A stretch of 64,000 nucleotides of DNA from Mobula birostris (GCF_030028105.1 NC_092398.1:16248182-16312181); one strand, 5' to 3'; counted from the stretch's first letter, positions 1 to 13,075 are shown. The notes: generated by a model from the sequence alone, not told the origin. Made by a program: numbers and translations.

Positions 1-545
1 TGGAACAGGGTCAGAAACCAGAGATGGGTCAACACGGGGCAGAGTTTGGGACTCTGGACAGTGGTAGGGTTAGCAGCATATGATGATGAACAGGAAAACA
101 GCAGAGGATGTGGCAATAAATGACAGAGTAGCAACATTTGGAATCTGATTGACAGAGAAAAACATTAGGTTGATTTTCACTGTTGACACACTCTATGCTG
201 ACATTTTGTATATTGTTTGTAGGCACCTACTGTGTTAAAACTGGCAACTGAGTGCTCATAAAACTATTAATTGGATTGGTGATATTTAACAGCGGAGAGC
301 CACACTTTGTAAACACTTTCAATGGCACTATCCTTACCCAGAAATCTGTGAGCTTCGGAATTTACTATCCCTCCGAATCGAGTGCGCAGGTACCAAGAGT
401 CCAACGTTGTGCTGAAAGGCGTGCAAGCGTTCAGTGGTCACAAGGCTCCAGGAATGGGTGTGTTGGACCTCCCAGGCACAGCTGAGATCTTGCTCGCTGA
501 AGCTAATGATTTGGGACTCGGGTGGAAAATATAGTATATATTGCA
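1..545 (+). mobile_element. Highly degenerate retroviral integrase-like relic (copy 1 of 3, truncated by window start)
   Basis: Frame-hopping translation gives QHLESD..RLIFTVDTL..FNSGEPHFVN..YYPSESSAQVPRV..NVVLK, resembling integrase motifs HLQIDF, LVxVD, SDNGPHF and YHPQSSGQVERxNxxLK in the right order. Homologous to 8990-9590 and 50645-51060. Confidence 0.4.
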
Positions 546-554
546 TGAAAAACT

Positions 555-1711
555 CGGGTGGATGTGATCTATATGGATTTTAGTAAGGCATTTGACAAGG
601 TTCCACACAGTAGGCTTATTCATAAAGTTAGAAGGCATGGGATCCAGGGAAGTTTGGCCAGGTGGATTCAGAATTGGCTTGCCTGCAGAAGGCAGAGGGT
701 GGTGGTGGAGGGAGTACATTCAGATTGGAGGATTGTGACTAGTGGTGTCCCACAAGGATCTGTTCTGGGACCTCTACTTTTCGTGATTTTTATTAACGAC
801 CTGGATGTGGGGGTAGAAGGGTGGGTTGGCAAGTTTGCAGACGACACAAAGGTTGGTGGTGTTGTAGATAGTGTACAGGATTGTCAAAGATTGCAGAGAG
901 ACATTGACAGGGTGCAGAAGTGGGCTAAGAAGTGGCAGATGGAGTTCAACCCGGAGAAGTGTGAGGTGGTACACTTTGGAAGGACAAACTCCAAGGCAGA
1001 GTACAAAGTAAATGGCAGGATACTTGGTAGTGTGGAGGAGCAGAGGGATCTCGGGGTACATGTCTACAGATCCCTGAAAGTTGCCTCACAGGTGAATAGG
1101 GTAGTTAAGAAAGCTTATGGGGTGTTAGCTTTCATAAGTCGAGGGATAGAGTGATGCAGCTCTATAAAACTCTGGTTAGGCCACACTTGGAGTATTGTGT
1201 CCAGTTCTGGTCACCTCACTATAGGAAGGATGTGGAAGCATTGGAAAGGGTACAGAGGAGATGTACCAGGATGCTGCCTGGTTTAGAAAGTATGCATTAT
1301 GATCAGAGATTAAGGGAGCTAGGTCTTTACTCTTTGGAGAGAAGGAGGATGAAAGGAGACATGATAGAGGTGTACAAGATAATAAAAGGAATAGATAGAG
1401 TGGATAGCCAGTGCCTCTTCCCCAGGGCACCACTGCTCAATACAAGAGGACATGGCTTTAAGGTAAGGGGTGGGAAGTTCAAGGGGGATATTAGAGGAAG
1501 GTTTTTTACTCAGAGAGTGGTTGGTGCATGGAATGCACTGCCTGAGTCAGTGGTGGAGGGAGCTACACTAGTGAAGTTTAAGAGACTACTAGACAGGTAT
1601 ATGGAGGAATCTAAGGTGGGGGCTTATATGGGAGGCAGGGTTTGAGGGTCGGCACAACATTGTGGGCTGAAGGGCCTGTACTGTGCTGTACTATTCTATG
1701 TTCTATATTCT
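555..1711 (+). mobile_element. CR1 LINE, 5'-truncated, young (RT domain + 3' UTR)
   Basis: ORFs 558-1154 and 1151-1645 contain DFSKAFDKVPH, GVPQGSVLGP, KFADDTK and LVRPHLEY. A short deletion/frameshift lies at ~1152, and the element ends in a (TTCTATG/TTCTATA) tail. Confidence 0.95.
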
Positions 1712-2330
1712 AAACTTACCTTTCTGATAAATAGACCATGTAACACTCTACCAACTGAGGAGGAATATTGCGATCAGGTCCGCTGTCCAGAACCAGCTGA
1801 TCTCCATACATTAGTAAATAATGGGAATAGTTGAGACTGAGGACTAAAAGAAAGAACTGGGTCCAACTTCTAGTGAACTAAAATGTTAATTAGAGCTCCA
1901 TGGGATAAACAAACTCCTCGTATTACTTTTTGTTCTTCAGCGGATCACTTTTGTTGAATGTCATCTGGTTCTGGATTCTTCTGCCAGCTGAGCCTATTGT
2001 TTCTTCTATTCTGCCTGAGTGTATAATGATAATGAACACTTGTATCTTGGATAAAAATTGACACCACACCACAGAAGTTCCACACATTAATGCTCTCCAA
2101 TGAGAAAGTCAGATTACCTACTCCTGACATTCAATTGTATAATGTATAGGTTCTCTGATAATAAACAGAACCATTTGAACCATTACCGTTGCTGAGTTCA
2201 CCACTGTGAATCACCTCATGGTTACAGTAATCAGAAAGTCTCCAGAAGAAGCAGTGTAGATACTATGTGCTGGTAGGACAGTGGTACATGCCCAGAACTG
2301 TTATGCTTTCACAGTGGACAGGGACACACT
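1712..2330 (+). mobile_element. Possible continuation of the retroviral relic (integrase tail / env-like), very decayed
   Basis: Resumes right after the CR1 insertion. Weak motifs: KRKNWVQ, hydrophobic leader LLLNVIWFWILLP, and LSQWTGTH (env SU WxGTC-like). Confidence 0.2.
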
Positions 2331-2334
2331 GAGC

Positions 2335-4145
2335 CAACAAGAGTTGTATCATCAGCAAATTTATGGATGACATTTGAGCTGTGTCTTACCATATGGTCAT
2401 GGGTGTAGAGAAAGTGAGCAGTAGGCTAAGCACATATCCCTAAGGTGTGTTAATTTTGATTATAAGCGAGGTGGCGATGTTATTACCAATCTGCACAGAT
2501 TGTGGTCTTCCCGTTAGGAAGTCAAGGATCCAGTTGCAAACGGAGGTACAGAGACCTAGGTTCTGTAAGTTTCAATCAGAACTGCAGGAATGATGGTGTT
2601 AAACGTTGAGCTATTCAATAAACAGCATCCTGACATAGGTGTTTGTATTGACCTGGTGATCTAAGGCCACGTGGAGAGCCATTGAGTTATTATCCACTGT
2701 AGGCCTATTGTGGCAATAGGAAAATTGCAGTGGGTCCAGGTCCTTGCCAGTCATAACCAACCTCTCAAAGCACTTCACCATAGATCTGAATGCTACTGGA
2801 CAATATTTGTTAAGAATGCTGACCCTGCTCTTCCTGGGCCCTGGTATAATTTTTTAACTTCCAACTGTAGCAATGAGAGATTGAAAATGTCTTTTAACAC
2901 CCCTGCCAGTTGGTTGGCACATGTTTTCAGAGGTATACCACATACGCTATCGGAGCATGACACCTCTGCGTGGGATCACCCTCTTGAAACACAGCCTGAT
3001 GTCGGCTTCCAAGATAGAGATCACAGTGTGCTGCAGGGATCCTTATAACTACTCTAATTTTCCCTTTCAAAGCGAGCATAAAAAGGTGTTGAGCTCGTCT
3101 GGGAGTGAAGTATCACTGCCATTCAAGATGCTGACCTTGTAGGAAGTATTGAGCTGAAAACCCTGCTGGAGTTGACATGCATCCGCTGTTGCTTCCAACC
3201 TCGCGTGGAATTGTCCCTCAGCTCTTGAAACAGCCTTCTGCAAGTTGTACCTGGTTTTCTTGTACAGACCTAGGTTGTCAGACTGAAATGCCACAGATCT
3301 AGCCTCAGCAGACTATAAGCCTCCTGGTTCATCCACAAAGGTTTGAATTAAATTAGAGACGGTTGTGTACTCACTCAGACTCGAAGGTGAATCCCTGAAT
3401 ACAGTCCAGTCCGCTGATTCAAAAGAGACCTTCAAGTGCTCTTGTGCCTCCATTGTCCATACCTTCTTGGTCCTCACTACTGGTGCTGCAGTTCTATAAA
3501 ACTTTAGTGAGGCTGCACTTGGAATACTGGGTAGAGTTTTGCTTTACCCTAATCTACAGAACCTCTATTTCTAACTCAGATTCCAAGACCAGCCAACATC
3601 CCAGTAGATTTTTCTGTACTCCCTATAGCAGTGTGGGCAACAATGGACAGGTCTCTGGCTTCAGGCTTCTGTATGTCCTCCCTGACAGCAACAATGAGAA
3701 CAGGACATGACCTGAGTGATGGGGATCCTTAATGACGGACGCCACCTTCCTGAGGCACCGCTCCTTGAAGATGTCTTGGATGCTATGGAGGTTAGTACCC
3801 ATGACAGAGCTGAAAAATGTTACAAGTTTCTGCAATTTACCTCGATTTGGTGCAGTAGCCTTCCCCATACCAGACGGTGATTTAGCCAATCAGAATGCTC
3901 TCCATTTGTTGACATTTTTGAGTGTCTTAGTTGACAAACCAAATATCCTCAAACTCTTAATGAAATATAGCTGTTGTCATGCCTTCTTTATAACTGCATC
4001 GATATGGTGTGTCAAGGTTAGGTCCTCAGAAATATTGACACCCAGGAACGTGGAATTGCTCACTCTCTCCACTTCTGATTCCTCTCTAAGAATTGGTTTG
4101 TGCTTCCCCACCTTACCGTTCCTGAAGTCCACAATCAGCTCTTGT
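2335..4145 (-). mobile_element. Rex-Babar-like LINE fragments (RT and C-terminal region)
   Basis: Minus-strand translations SLPDELNTF, KFADDT, KLQKLV and IKDPHHSGHVLFSLLLSGRTYRSL, with many stops and a short CR1 piece inside (~3475-3560). Confidence 0.75.
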
Positions 4146-4169
4146 GCAAAAGGTTGGTTTGCTGGCTCA

Positions 4170-5010
4170 TTGGGTTATTGAAAAGGCAAAAGGAATGTTG
4201 ACCTTGATTGCTGGAGGTTTTGAATTGAAAAGCAGGGAGATTATACTGCAACTGTACAGCATACTGGTGAGCTGTACCAGGATGAACTGGCAATCACCTC
4301 AACTTTGAAATGATTCCACAACCTATGGACTCAATTTCAAGGAGCCTCCAGTTCATGTTCTCAGTAGTATTTATTTATTTATTTCCTTGCTTATTTGTAT
4401 TTGCACCGTTTGTCATCTTTTGCACATTGGTTGTTTGTCAGTCTTTGTGTGCTTTCAATTATTTTGTCCTACTGAGCATGCTTGCAATGAAATGAATCTC
4501 AGGGCTGTATATGGTGACATATGTATATGTACTTTGATACTAACTTTGCCTTGAACTTTGAGTATTGTATGCAGTTCTGGTCTCCTTTCTTGAAGAAAGA
4601 TACTGGCTTTGGCGGCGTTGCAGAGGAGGTTCACCACCTTGATTCTGGAGATAATGGAGTTTGCCAATGACAAGATGAGTTGCCTGGGACTGACATCGCT
4701 GGAATTCAGAAGAATGAGTGGGGATGTTAGAGAAACATATAAAATTATTGAAGAGATAGATAAGAAAGAGACAGGAAGGTTGTTTCCACTGGTAGGTGAG
4801 ACCAAAACTAGGAGATACAGAGCCAAAATTCAGAGGAATAGGTTTAGGATAGAGATTAGGAGAAACTGATTCTCCCATAGTGTATCTGTGGAATTCTCTC
4901 CCCAGGTAAGCATTGGGGACTACCAGAAACTGCTTCTGTCAGAGAGTAGTGAATCTCTGGAACTCAGGGAAGCGGTGAAGACTACCTCAATAAATATATC
5001 CAAGACATAC
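4170..5010 (+). mobile_element. Degenerate CR1 3' fragment interrupted by a Rex-Babar 3' UTR (~4275-4560)
   Basis: QRRFTTLI..SLEFRRMSGD..ETYKII; the insert ends in an (ACTTTG)n-like tail. Confidence 0.75.
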
Positions 5011-5199
5011 AATGTTAATACACTTATATTTATAAGATCTGCACACATGGGCTCATGTAAAGAATCTTCTCAGATATCCCTATTACTGTAGTGATGGTCT
5101 CTCTTATCAATGTTGTAATGTTTTCTCTTCTTTTACACCCCAGCCTGGTGAGTCTCCAGGTGTAGAAGATGCACACGTGATAAGGGAATTATCCAAATT

Positions 5200-7345
5200 T
5201 CTTTTATATATAATTGTTTCCATCTCTACAGCTTGTCTGGTGAATCTATAAACCCACCACCCTTTCTGGGAAAACCCTGCTCAAGTCCATTTAAAAATAT
5301 TCTTCTTTAACCTCAAATCTCCGAACTCTACTTTTAGTCTCCCTTACCTTGCGAAACAGACTGTGATCAATTACCTAATCTATAGTCATGAGTTTATAAA
5401 TGTCTATCAGCTTCTTCAATCTTATTTGCTTCAAGGACAAACTGTCACAACCAATTAAGTCTATCCTGACATCTCAAGCCATCCAGTCCCAGTAACATCC
5501 TCCTGAATCTGTTTTGTACCCTTCCCAGCTTCACAACAACATCCTTCCTGTAGCTGGACAACAGGAACTGTACACAGCACAGTGTGGTCGCAGTGTACAG
5601 GTGTAACATGACATTCCAGCTCCTGTACTCGATATACTGACTGATAAAACCAAACTTGCCAAATGCATTCTGCACTATCCTGTGCACCCAAGTCACCAAT
5701 TTCACACCTGTATTCGCTGGTTTCTTTGCTCTCTAACAGTCCCCAGCACCCAAGCCACCCATCTACATTTTCGTCCAGGTCATTTATATACATCACGAAC
5801 AAAAGAGATGCTAGCTCAGATCCCTGCTGACCACTAATTACAGACATCCTGCTCGAATAGGTTCCTTCAATCACTACCCACTGTCTTCTATGCACAAACT
5901 AGATCTGAATCCAAACAGCCATTTCACCTTAGGCCCCATATATCTTAACTTCTGGATTAGCTCCGGTGGAGGAGGAAAAGATGGCGGCGCGACGCAGCTT
6001 GCGCGGCCACTCCGGTGACTGATATCTGTAATCTGTCAAGTAGGGTGCCATGCACAGTTCTGATTTTATGGAGACAGACATGAGAGAACAGAGGAACATC
6101 TGGAGAAACTTCTGAAATTCCTACTTTCCTGCCACTGTTACTGTGTGATCCAAAATCTCCAGAGGGGAAGGTTCCGAATCCTCGGCTTTGCTTGTTGCTC
6201 GGCGGCCAGGACGGGGTCAAAGCGCTCGGTAGAGATGGTGCTTGGTGCTCGGTGTCGAAGGGCTGGTCGGAGGCTCGAAGTTTTCAGACGGACTCAGAGT
6301 CGGCTGTGGTCGGTGCTTCCAATGCATCGACAGTTGTCGGTGCCTGGAGGTTTATGGGGGAGAGAGTTTCTCCATTCTGCCACCTGCTATCGGGGACTTT
6401 CGGGAGTCGATCGGAACTTTGAGACTCTTTTTTTACCATTCCTATGGTCTGCTCTTTATCAAATTATGGTATCACTTTGCACTGCTGTAACTACTTGTTA
6501 TAATTATGTGGTCTTGTCAGTGTTGGTCTTTGGTTTGTCCTCTTTTTATGATATCACTCTGGAGGAACATTGTATCATTTCTTAATGCATGCATGCATTT
6601 CTAAATGACAATAAACGAACACTGAGTGTCCTCATAATCTAATCTAATCTTAAAAAAAAGCTCCCCATGATGGTCTTTGTCAAACATGTTAGTAAAATCC
6701 ACGTCGACAACATTCACTCCCCTACCTTATCAATCTCTCTTGACACCTTGTCAAAATACTCTGGAAAGATGGTAAGACTCGACCTGTCCCATACAGAGCT
6801 ATGCTGGCTCTCCATAATTAGGTCATGTGTTTCCAAACGTTCATATATCCTATCCTTAAGATTGTTCTCCAGTCATTTCCCTACAACTGACGTGAGACTC
6901 ACCGGTCTATAGTTCCCAGGATTATCCCTGGTTCGCTTCTTAAATAGAAGTTCAAAATTAGCAACTATCCAGTCACCGGGACTTGCCTGTGCCAAGAGAA
7001 AACAGAAATAAACTGCTCAAGGCCCCAGTAATTTCTTCTGTTGCCTCTTTCAATAACCCAGGGTAAATCCCATCAGGCCTTGGGGATATCCACCTTAATA
7101 CTCATGAGGAGGCCCAATGCTTCCTCCTCCTTGACCTCTGAACTCCCTAACAAATTTATACACTTGGCACTGATTTGGTCTTCCATATCTTTTCAAGTGG
7201 TAAATTCTGAAGCAACGTACTCATTAAATACTTCACACAAATTCTCGAAATCTAAGCAAATTCTTCCCCTTTACCCTTGAGTGGTCCCACACTCTCCCTG
7301 GTTATCCGTTTGTTCTTGATGTATGTATACAATGCCTTGGTATTC
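5200..7345 (-). mobile_element. Old CR1 LINE split by a younger retroposon
   Basis: Minus-strand YINDLDENV, GNPGNYRPVSLTSVVG and CVQF motifs on both sides of 5960-6650. Confidence 0.8.
5960..6650 (+). mobile_element. Non-autonomous retroposon (~690 bp) with Rex-like ends
   Basis: CpG-rich 5' end with AAGATGGCGGCG, no RT-coding sequence, and 3' ACAATAAA followed by an (AATCT)3 tail. It interrupts a CR1. Confidence 0.65.
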
Positions 7346-7895
7346 TCGAAATATAGAGCAACACAGGTGGAGTGTCCCATTCTTATACAGACAGGAGGAC
7401 CGTTAGAGAGTTTCATGATCAGTCAAGAATCCCTGAGCAGTTGAGATGTTGTATCTGCAACTTGGGTTGAACTTCATTGTAACTGTGTGCTGTCAGGGCT
7501 CACCGTAGGGACTAAAATCTCATTTGAAATGTTGTCCTTCATCCATTAATGTCTTTTGTCAATCTTTTTACAGATTAGGAATGACAAAGTATTTGTATAT
7601 GGAAATCTCAACAACAGCATATCAATTTTGCTGCCTCTGTACAGATATCAAAAGAATGACCGAATATTTTATTTGTAACACCAATATATCTGTTGTTGAT
7701 TGTTGGAGATGAAGAAGTATCTCATCCCAGCTAGAAACATGCCTTGTGTTTGAAATGAAGTTTTCTGTTGCAACTCAGTGAAATCCACTGGAATCACTGA
7801 AATCAAATGGGAACATACCAGCATTTGTTCACTAGAGATCAGTTCATCCGTAGCACTAACTGTGTGAGGGGTTCACTAGCATCTGACTTCATTAC

Positions 7896-8501
7896 TTGTC
7901 AGAGAACTCACAGCAGGGAGATATCATTTACCAGCTCTCGGTGAGGAAAAGAATTCTTTCACTCAGCCGTCGTTCAGACACAACAGTGCGGCCATTTACC
8001 AGCTCAGACTGTGGGAAGGGATTCTCTCGGTCTTTCAGCCTCCAGAGACACCAGCGAGTTCACACTGGAGAGAGACTGTTCACATGTTCCATGTGTGGGA
8101 AGGAATTTACTTGGTCAGGCAGCCTGCAGACACACCTGCGATTTCATACTGGGGAATGGCCATTCACATGCTCTGACTGTGGGAAGAGATTCACTCGGTC
8201 ATCTGACCTGTTGGCACATCAGTTAGTTCACACTGGAAAGATGCTGTTCTCCTGCTCAGACCGTGGGAAGGGATTCACTTGGTCATTCAGTCTACAGAGA
8301 CAACAGTCAGTTCACACTGGGGAGAGGCCATTCACATGTTCCGTTCGTGGGAAGGGATTTGCTCGGTCATCCCACCTACACACACACCAGTCAGTTCACA
8401 CTGAGGAGAAACTGTTTACCCACTCAAAATGTGGGAAGGGTTTCACCAGATCAACTGACCTTCTGGCACATCAGCGAGTTCACGTTGGGGAAACAGTTTA
8501 A
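7896..8501 (+). pseudogene. C2H2 zinc-finger gene terminal exon, 6 fingers, only 2 intact (probable pseudogene)
   Basis: HTGER/PFTC linkers. Fingers 1, 4, 5 and 6 have lost a Cys or His ligand (SSDC, CSDR..Q, CSVR, HSKC). The ORF starts at a non-ATG codon; a candidate acceptor TCTTTTTACAG ends at 7573. Confidence 0.85.
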
Positions 8502-8705
8502 ATAAGCCGCATGCTGGATATTTAACCACCACAGTTGCTGAATTCTGAGGCAAGTTCAAAAGTGACTGCTGGTGTTGAACTCTGAAATTATTGCTGCTGT
8601 TTATCACACCCATCTCTGCACCCTGGTCACTAGGCATGGGAGGGGTTTCTTCTGTTGATGTTCACATTTAATAGGACTGGAGTTTAATATTCTGGATCTG
8701 TGACT

Positions 8706-8711
8706 AATAAA
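8706..8711 (+). terminator. Poly(A) signal of the zinc-finger gene
   Basis: AATAAA about 200 nt after the stop codon, conserved in the inverted paralog at 51311-51316. Confidence 0.7.
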
Positions 8712-8989
8712 TCAGTTCTATTTTAAACTGTCTCAGGTAGCTGGTGAATCCCCAACGCTCCCAGTGTACAGTAGGGAGTCAAGTCAGCCCACTGGTCCCT
8801 GTCAGACTTACTGTTCCACAATAGTCCTCTTAAATCCAGTCCATCTGTTCACCTCTGCCTCTCCCTGTGGAGCTGGGGTCCAAACAGTCATCACTCTGTG
8901 GGTGAAGAGGTTTCCCTTGAATTTCCTGCATGACTTTCTGCAGACTGGAGACGACAAGTTGACTGCAGTTATTTACGTCTGTAATGCTC

Positions 8990-9590
8990 TTAATCCCTAA
9001 AATCTCTGGGCCAAGGAAGACTGACATTGGTAGTTGGCCTCCTATGTCCTGCTCATATCAACGTTATGGGTCATTTCTACTGCTTCTGAAAAGTTGAGAC
9101 ACACAGAGCTGGATTGCTACAATACACCACTGTCCTTGAAATTCTGAAAGCAGAAGGGGGAAGCATTAGTAAGATGTTCAATGGAGCAGGGTCAGAAATT
9201 AGACACAGGTGAGCACAAGGCAGAAATTTGGGGCTCTGGGGAGTGGTAGGGGTAAGAGCACATGATGAGGAACAGGGAAACGTAGGGCATGGAAACAAAT
9301 GACAGTGTAACAACACTTGGAAGCTAATTGACAGAGAAAAAAAAAATATCAGGTTTACTTTGACTTCTAGCACACGATGCCAGTTGACTTCGAGTAGATT
9401 GCTTGTGGGAGCTTGCTCTTAAATTTCCTACGCAGTTCTAATAAAAATATTGACTGGATTGGTGGCATTTGGTAGAGGGGAGGCAATGCTTGTAAGCACT
9501 TTCAATGGCACTGTTCCTACCCAGAAATCTCTGAGCTTCATAATGTACTATCACCGCAAATTGAGCACGGAGGTGCTGAGAGTCTGTTGG
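8990..9590 (+). mobile_element. Degenerate integrase-like relic (copy 2), directly downstream of the ZNF 3' end
   Basis: Clear nucleotide homology to 1-400 (shared CACTTTCAATGGCACT..TACCCAGAAATCT). Translation includes ETHRAG..LKAEG, QHLEAN and YYHRKLSTEVLRV. Confidence 0.4.
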
Positions 9591-11614
9591 ATCTGACTGT
9601 TTAATTGTCATTTTCTTTGCAGTTTAACAACTATCTGCCTTTCTACACATAACAGTTAATGTGCCTCCAGTGGCTGTACAAAGCAGATTTCTGGAAGTTT
9701 CTTTTGTACTTTATTAAGTGAGTGTTTCCTCATTGGTTAATTTTTACTGCAGTAATGACTAAGTATTTTTTAATTGGATTATTTTATCAGAAGATTTGAA
9801 TGGGATTTTTCTTATGTTTGGGTATAGAAGTAGTTGTTTTATGCTGAGTACCATCTTTAGTGTCTCTGTCTTCTTCAATTTAGTAGACCCTTGTCACTGT
9901 TCTGTTCCTGTTCGATTAACTTTTAATAAAACAATCATGAAGCAGCAAGATTTATTCGTCATTCCTGACTTCCTGGCACCTGAAAGAACACCTAAATCTG
10001 TTAGTTGTCTGAAACTGGGAACTCAGTATTCCAACATATTGAATCTTCAGCAAATGGGAAAGGAAGAGGGTGGCTTTGTTATTCATGTGGTGCTGAGTGG
10101 AGAATATCACTGGGGACAGTGATAGGAAATGTTCCTATATGGACATAATGAACAGCATCAGAAATAAGACATGGGTGGGAATGGGGAAATATCAAAGGAA
10201 GGTAAGAAGTGAACTTTGATTGCATGTTGATGAAACTAATCAAATTGGCAAGGTACAAGGAAGAGGAATTTCTGCAGTGACTAGGGAATGTTTCTTTACG
10301 GGAGTATGTTACAGAACCCACCCAGGAATAGGCTATTTCATATGTGGTTCTGTGTAATGAGGTCAGATTAATAAGAGAGATTGTGGTGAAAGTTTCCCAA
10401 AGAAGAAATGAGCACTATGGGAGAATTCCAGACAGAGTTTGAGAACAACACCTGTGTCTAGAACCAATGTTCTCAACCTAAATAAGGGCACTTACACGGG
10501 TGTGAGGGTGGAGTTGTCTGGGGTGGATGAGCAGAGGCAGGGGTTTAAACAGCTGATTCATAAGGCTTAGCAGACGATGATCCCAATTAGGCAGAAGGAT
10601 CCAGAAGAAAGATGAACCATCTGTGGCCAGCCAAAATAGTCAAGGTAAATATAGAATCAATGGACATATAAAGAGGCAAGGGTTGTTATTAGGCCAGGGA
10701 ATATTTCAGGAAGCAGTGAGAAGAGACAAAAATTTAAAATAACAAGGAAAAGGCATATATATTAACTCAATAATTTGATCAGTGTTCATGGTAGGGACAC
10801 AGCAAACATGCCATAGGTATCTGATGGGTGACATTTCAACACTAAATAATGATCAGTAACAATCTCCACTATGAGGGAAAATCTAAAGCAAAGATCCTAG
10901 TTCCAAATGACCTGCACCCTAGGGTTTGGAGAGAAAGAAGAGGCATTAGTTCAAGTTTGTCAAAACTTACTCGGTTCCAGGAAGGTCCCAGTGGATGGAA
11001 AATTTCCAAGGTGACTCCATTGATGAAGAAGGGTGGAAGACAAATAGCGGGTAACTGTAGTCCTGTTGTTGGCAACATGCTAGAGTCCGTGATCTATGAA
11101 TAAATAACATCATTCAGAAAGTTGTAATGCCTCAACTGAGTCAGTGGTTCAAATAATCGAGCCAACCAAAGTTCCCATCTGAGCTTGTTCCATTTCCCTT
11201 CATTTGGCTCATATCATTCAAGACCTTTTCTTTCCATCTACCTGACCAAATCCCTTTTTAATATTATTAATATACCTCTCTCAACCACTTCCACTGACAG
11301 ATCATTCCATACATTAACCACCCTCTGTACAGAAAAGTTGCCCTTCAGGTTCCTATTAAATCTCCAATTCTTGATTCCCCAACCCTGGCAAAAAGACTGT
11401 TTTCTGACCCTGTCAATCCCCCTCATAATTTTATACACCTCTATAAGATTCTCCACATATTCTCCGACATTTGCAGGAGATTTGTCCAAACCTGCTGAAA
11501 CTTTCTTCATAAATGAGTCATTCGAGACCTAGCAACATCCTCATAAACCTCCTCCAATTTCTTTCCAGCTTAATGTCCTCCAGTAGGGTGAACAAAACTA
11601 AAGACCATATTTCA

Positions 11615-11785
11615 AATAACAAATGAGAAAACCTGCAGATGCTGGAAGTCCAAGCAACACACACAAAATGCTGGAGGAACTCAGCAGGCCTGCCCTGCAG
11701 AAGGGTCTCAGACTGAAACATTGACTGTGCTCTTTTCTATAGATGCACCTGACTTGTTGAGTTCCTCCAGCGCTTTCTGTGTGAT
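11615..11785. mobile_element. Penelope-like terminal repeats in inverted arrangement, with decayed hammerhead motif
   Basis: CACAAAATGCTGGAGGAACTCAGCAGG followed by its reverse complement (..TGAGTTCCTCCAGCGCTTTCTGTG); CTGCAGAAGGGTCTCAGACTGAAACATTGACTG at ~11695-11727. Confidence 0.75.
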
Positions 11786-11809
11786 ACCATATTCGAAATA
11801 CTATATTCC

Positions 11810-13075
11810 ACCTGGGAAACAAGGACACTAATGTCAGAATGCTGTTTTTTGGATTTCAGTTTGGTATTCAACACTATTGTTTCACAGACTCCTACTCTTC
11901 GGTCTAAGTATACCACTGTGCAATTGGGTGTTGGACTTCCTAACCACAAACTTCAGATTGTCAGGATGCACGACTGCTCCTCCCTCACCCTCATCCTCAA
12001 CACAGGTGGCTCCTCACCCCCAGGGCAGTGTGGTGAGCACATTGCTGTACACTCTGCTCACAGAAGACTGCATGGCCAAATATACGAGTTATCACATTGT
12101 CAGAATTGCCGATGACATGATCAAGGTGGAGCTCATCACCAACTATGATGAGACAGCCTAAAGGGAGGAGGTGGAAGAGCTCGAGGCCTGCTGCCAGGCA
12201 AATCACCTCTTTCTCAATGTCAATAAGACAATGGAGATGGTTATCGACTTCAGAACTCATACCCCTCTTTACAGCAGCAGCAAAATAGTGGAAGCCACAA
12301 GCAGTTTCAAACTCCTGGGAGTGTACATCTCGCCCAAACTCTCATAGTTCCAGAACACATCCTGCACAATCAGGAAAGCTCACCAACACCTCTACTTTCT
12401 GAGGAGGCCGAAGAGAGCTGGACTACGCATGCCAATGCTCATGACTTTCTACAGATGTGTATTAGAGAGCATCCTGACCTCCTGCATAATACGTACATAA
12501 ACTGCACTTCCATCAGGGAGGAGGTTACATAGCAACCACGCCATGATCACCAGACCCAAAAACAGTTTATTTCCAAAAGCAACAAGGCTGACCAACACAT
12601 CCACCAACTCACCTACCCTTGCACACCCCCATTTCCTGTCAGTCACCTTATGTACAGACACTCTTGTGCTTAGGGTCACTTTATGGACAATCAATCTGTG
12701 TATGCAAGCTATCTTGAATATTTATATTTGTTTTTTATTTGTGCAATTTTTGTGCTGCATCGGATCCAGAGTAAGAATTATTTTGTTTTCCCTTACACTT
12801 GTGTACTGGAAATGACATTAAACAAGCTTGAATCTTGAAATGTGGCCCATTAACCCACACAGTACCACTACATGCACATCACCAAGTGTCACTTTATGTA
12901 CAGAGAACAGTCAATGTATAGAACAGTTACATGTACATTGTCTCATAGAATTACTTCTATATTTATAAATGTTTGTTTTTTTTGTGTGTTCTTGAAACTT
13001 ATTGTGTTTTTATTATGCTGCATCCAATCCAGAGTATCAATCATTTTGTTCTCTTTTACGCTCATGTACTGAAGA
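11810..13075 (+). mobile_element. Rex-Babar-like LINE 3' part with duplicated 3' UTR
   Basis: DFSLVFNTIV, LCNWVLDFLT, IADD, FYRCVLESILT and NSLFPKATRL motifs; (AATCTTG) tail at ~12830. Confidence 0.8.

Noticed and set aside
252-485. ORF with an apparent signal peptide (VLIKLLIGLVIFNSG)
   Set aside because: Non-ATG start and no consistent splice sites across paralogous copies; better explained as part of the integrase-like relic.
6145-6585. 146-aa ORF and overlapping ORFs
   Set aside because: They lie in a GC-rich non-autonomous repeat with no recognisable domain.
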